Assembly (NCBI GenBank): GCA_000165345.1
Contig: CM000429.1
Coordinates: 320,001-384,000 of the forward strand
DNA: 64,000 nucleotides
Direction: 5' to 3'
Below the pieces are notes generated by a model. It was not told the origin of the DNA and made no database searches. It saw nothing but the letters and a program-made list of their open reading frames with translations. How positions within the stretch are numbered: position 1 is the first letter of the stretch; each line of letters starts with the position of its first letter. Positions 61,834 to 64,000 of this stretch are shown piece after piece. The position numbers and the translations under genes are program-made.

Positions 61834-62604
61834 TTAATCAATAAGAGATTCGAATTGACCGCTTATAGATGAAATAAAGTCCCCATTATCGGAAAAACTA
61901 TACTTCTTTATACGAACAAATATTATTGATCCGACTTTTAAGTTCTTTTCTTTGTTTATTTTGTTTACCAAAGTATTCGTTTCGTATGTTAATGAGTCTG
62001 CCTTTTGAAATTCATATTCATCTCCTTTAAAACTTTTCATGGGAATTACTACATTCAAAATCCCGTAGGTAATTCCAGAAACATGGGATGGAGACACATG
62101 CGAAATACGGCATATTAATAGTTCACCTATTTTAGGTTTAAATACTAAAGCTTTGAATTCTACATTTACAAGAAAAGAACCATTAGGCTCGCAGTCTGGC
62201 ACATATCCGTACGTGTTAACAGTACTTATTTTATGAAAACATATCCAAACTCCTTGAAACTCTGCAATATAGTGAAATAAAAAGCAGCATAAATATTTTT
62301 TTATTGAATCTTCAATATTCCCTATGCTGTTAGGTAATAGCTGAACGGTGCCTTTGACTCGAAGAAGTTCAAAACATTCATTATCATATTCCCCTTTGTT
62401 AATAAAACTCTCTCTAATATTCTGTAGCTGCTCCGTTGAGAGTTTCTCCACTTCTCTTACTGTTTCTTGCATTGAAGAAGGATTTTCTTCAAATTCACTT
62501 TTACCCAGCTTTGCAAGGTTTCTAATGCATTTTCCAATAAGATGGTATGCAACCTCATTCGTCACTACGCATGATTCTTTAACTACCCAAGGAATTTGAT
62601 ACAT
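61834..62604 (-). CDS. Rpb7-fold RNA polymerase subunit (SHS2 + S1-like), probably Pol I Rpa43 or Pol III Rpc25 paralogue
   Basis: The central segment FLVNVEFKALVFKPKIGELLICRISHVSPSHVSGI...VIPM matches Rpb7 [41 protein letters not shown]. There is a 75-aa N-terminal extension and a short C-terminal S1-like part (GSIIFVRIKKYSF). Confidence 0.5.
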   Translation of the reverse strand: MYQIPWVVKESCVVTNEVAYHLIGKCIRNLAKLGKSEFEENPSSMQETVREVEKLSTEQLQNIRESFINKGEYDNECFELLRVKGTVQLLPNSIGNIEDSIKKYLCCFLFHYIAEFQGVWICFHKISTVNTYGYVPDCEPNGSFLVNVEFKALVFKPKIGELLICRISHVSPSHVSGITYGILNVVIPMKSFKGDEYEFQKADSLTYETNTLVNKINKEKNLKVGSIIFVRIKKYSFSDNGDFISSISGQFESLID

Positions 62605-62784
62605 AGCGACATAAATTTTTATTTTCGATTAAATAAATTCTTTGGTTGTGGAATTCTCATATATTAGTGTTTTTAACAAAAAGTGAATATTAGTTTATGA
62701 ATAGTTAGAATATAATTTTAAAAAAAAAATTAATCCGGAAAATTTCAACAAGTTAAAAATAGACCCTTTCTGGGATTTAAAAAG

Positions 62785-62857
62785 TGCTCAAACCAGGATT
62801 CGAACCTGGGTCGCCGCGGCCACAACGCGGTGTACTAACCACCTATACGATTTGAGC
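62785..62857 (-). tRNA. tRNA-His (anticodon GUG)
   Basis: The minus-strand sequence is GCTCAAATCGTATAGGTGGTTAGTACACCGCGTTGTGGCCGCGGCGACCCAGGTTCGAATCCTGGTTTGAGCA. The 7-bp acceptor stem is GCTCAAA/TTTGAGC. The anticodon stem is CCGCG/CGCGG with loop TTGTGGC, giving GTG. The T-loop is GGTTCGAATCC and the discriminator is A73. It is closely similar to human tRNA-His-GTG. The 3' end is followed immediately by CTTTTT, a Pol III terminator. A genomic G occupies position -1. Confidence 0.9.
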
Positions 62858-63061
62858 CTCTGGTATCGAGGCATAACATTTTAATCTTAATATTTATTTG
62901 AAACAAAAAAAAAATAAAACATCACCGGAGCAAAAAACAAGCTTATAATATCCTATTTTAAATAATAAACTAAAGAGGAATTCATATATATGCATATATA
63001 CTTAAAAAAAATACCTTTCCATGATTCGCCCATATTAAGGCAATATCAAAAAAATTTGCAT

Positions 63062-63559
63062 CTAATAATAATGATTATTAGCTGAACTCTTTTTCTTTTG
63101 TTTTTTGTTACGGCTTTTGATCTCTCCTAATGCTCTTGCAGTGCTTTCTGCTATGAACTCCTTTGAAACTTTATTTTGATAAGATTTGCAGCCTATAGAG
63201 TTGTTGCAGCCATTATTTACAATCTCCTCAACTTCCTCTATCTTTCTTAAAGAATCTCCTAAACCAAACTCCTTGAGAATTTCATCTATATCGTCATCCA
63301 AAGCGTTGAGCTTTTGTTGTCTTCTAGCTGCACGTGAACATTTACCTTTAATTAAAGGAAGAAATATATTTGAAGACTCTATTTCTAGGAAATGATCGCT
63401 TTCTAGTTCATTGAGTTGTTCAAGTTGCTGCTCAACTGAAGTTTTGTTCGGTAAATTATCTTCATTAAGAAAAACGTGATCATCCTCCTCAATATCCGCC
63501 CACCTAATCTCTCTTTTCATCATGGAAGTCCGTCCAATCCCAATAATGTTCGAGCTCAT
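63062..63559 (-). CDS. Hypothetical small basic/acidic protein (165 aa)
   Basis: ORF from the first ATG (MSSNIIGIGRT...). The ORF-track start is TTG. It has a Lys-rich C-terminus. No family is assigned. Confidence 0.4.
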   Translation of the reverse strand: MSSNIIGIGRTSMMKREIRWADIEEDDHVFLNEDNLPNKTSVEQQLEQLNELESDHFLEIESSNIFLPLIKGKCSRAARRQQKLNALDDDIDEILKEFGLGDSLRKIEEVEEIVNNGCNNSIGCKSYQNKVSKEFIAESTARALGEIKSRNKKQKKKSSANNHYY

Positions 63560-63694
63560 CTCCCACAATTCTCTCCCTCCTCCTCAGTATGTAGCCTATA
63601 ATATATATTATTCAAATATTCTAAAATGATTCACGGCTATAATTAGTAATTTATTATGAAACTTTCAGTTATAAACCATTACTTTGACATTATT

Positions 63695-63708
63695 TCTGGG
63701 CGCCGCCT
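63695..63708. promoter_or_regulatory. E2F-like TTCTGGGCGCCGCC upstream of 63062..63559 gene
   Basis: GGCGCC core, about 140 bp upstream of the ATG on the minus strand. Confidence 0.3.
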
Positions 63709-64000
63709 GTTTATAATTTTTTTTTTCCTAAATATTTTTGGGAATTACTTTAGAATTAATTTATCAAAGATTTTAATATTAAGTTCTTCCCATTGAATAA
63801 CCTCAAATGTATTGATACGCTAATTAGTCTAATATGTGACAGAAGATTAATACCGAGCCTGAATTTATTTTCATTACTCTGGAAAACAAAACAATTCAAA
63901 AATTGTCTTTATTATTGTTACTCATAAATATGGTGTAAGTTACTATCTAATATTGCCTTTTTGGTAAATGTTAATTAGAAGTTAAAAATGGGGATAATGT

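Noticed and set aside
1-64000. Prokaryotic interpretations (operons, CRISPR array, IS elements, phage-defence island)
   Set aside because: Gene content is eukaryotic throughout (dynein, proteasome lid, calcineurin B, E2F, NEK, Uso1). There are canonical GTAAGT...YAG introns and a Pol III-type tRNA with a T-run terminator. The only tandem repeats are in-frame coding microsatellites. No spacer/repeat periodicity or inverted-repeat-bounded transposase was seen.

Overview
This is an AT-rich (~30% GC), very compact eukaryotic nuclear chromosome segment. It is not prokaryotic: the gene content is eukaryotic, there are short spliceosomal introns, and a Pol III tRNA is followed by a T-run terminator. 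Gene content, codon bias and Asn/Ser-rich low-complexity inserts suggest an apicomplexan-type genome similar to Cryptosporidium. I call about 30 protein-coding genes on both strands. Most are single-exon, and convergent 3' ends are separated by 0-30 bp. Confidently recognised products are an SNF2-family ATPase, a Uso1/p115-like tethering factor, the mitochondrial-type ABC half-transporter ATM1/ABCB7, calcineurin B, a DHHC palmitoyltransferase, Mre11, the proteasome lid subunit RPN5/PSMD12, cytoplasmic dynein intermediate chain, a NEK-family kinase, an E2F-family transcription factor, a HINT histidine-triad protein, an Rpb7-fold RNA polymerase subunit and tRNA-His(GUG). By reading across ORF ends I found five short introns (50-86 nt, GTAAGT or GTATGT donors, CTAAT-like branch sites, YAG acceptors). 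They lie in calcineurin B (including a 5-nt first exon carrying the start codon and the myristoylated Gly), in Mre11 (a hidden 5' exon carrying phosphoesterase motif I) and in a secreted hypothetical protein. Several ORF-track starts are TTG/GTG artefacts, and I moved these to the first in-frame ATG. Recurrent GC-rich intergenic motifs are present: an E2F-like TTTGGCGCC/GGCGGGAA motif and GCATGC/G-tract motifs, mostly in bidirectional promoters. An E2F-family gene is itself encoded in the window. The most unusual locus is a 9 kb single-exon gene (35626..44652) for a 3009-aa protein. It has a signal peptide, TNFR/ephrin-receptor-like Cys-rich repeats, a roughly 10-helix transmembrane block and three concanavalin-A/LamG-like domains interrupted by an (AAT)n-encoded poly-Asn/Tyr tract. 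Two in-frame coding microsatellites are noted: (AGAGAT)n and (AAT)n.
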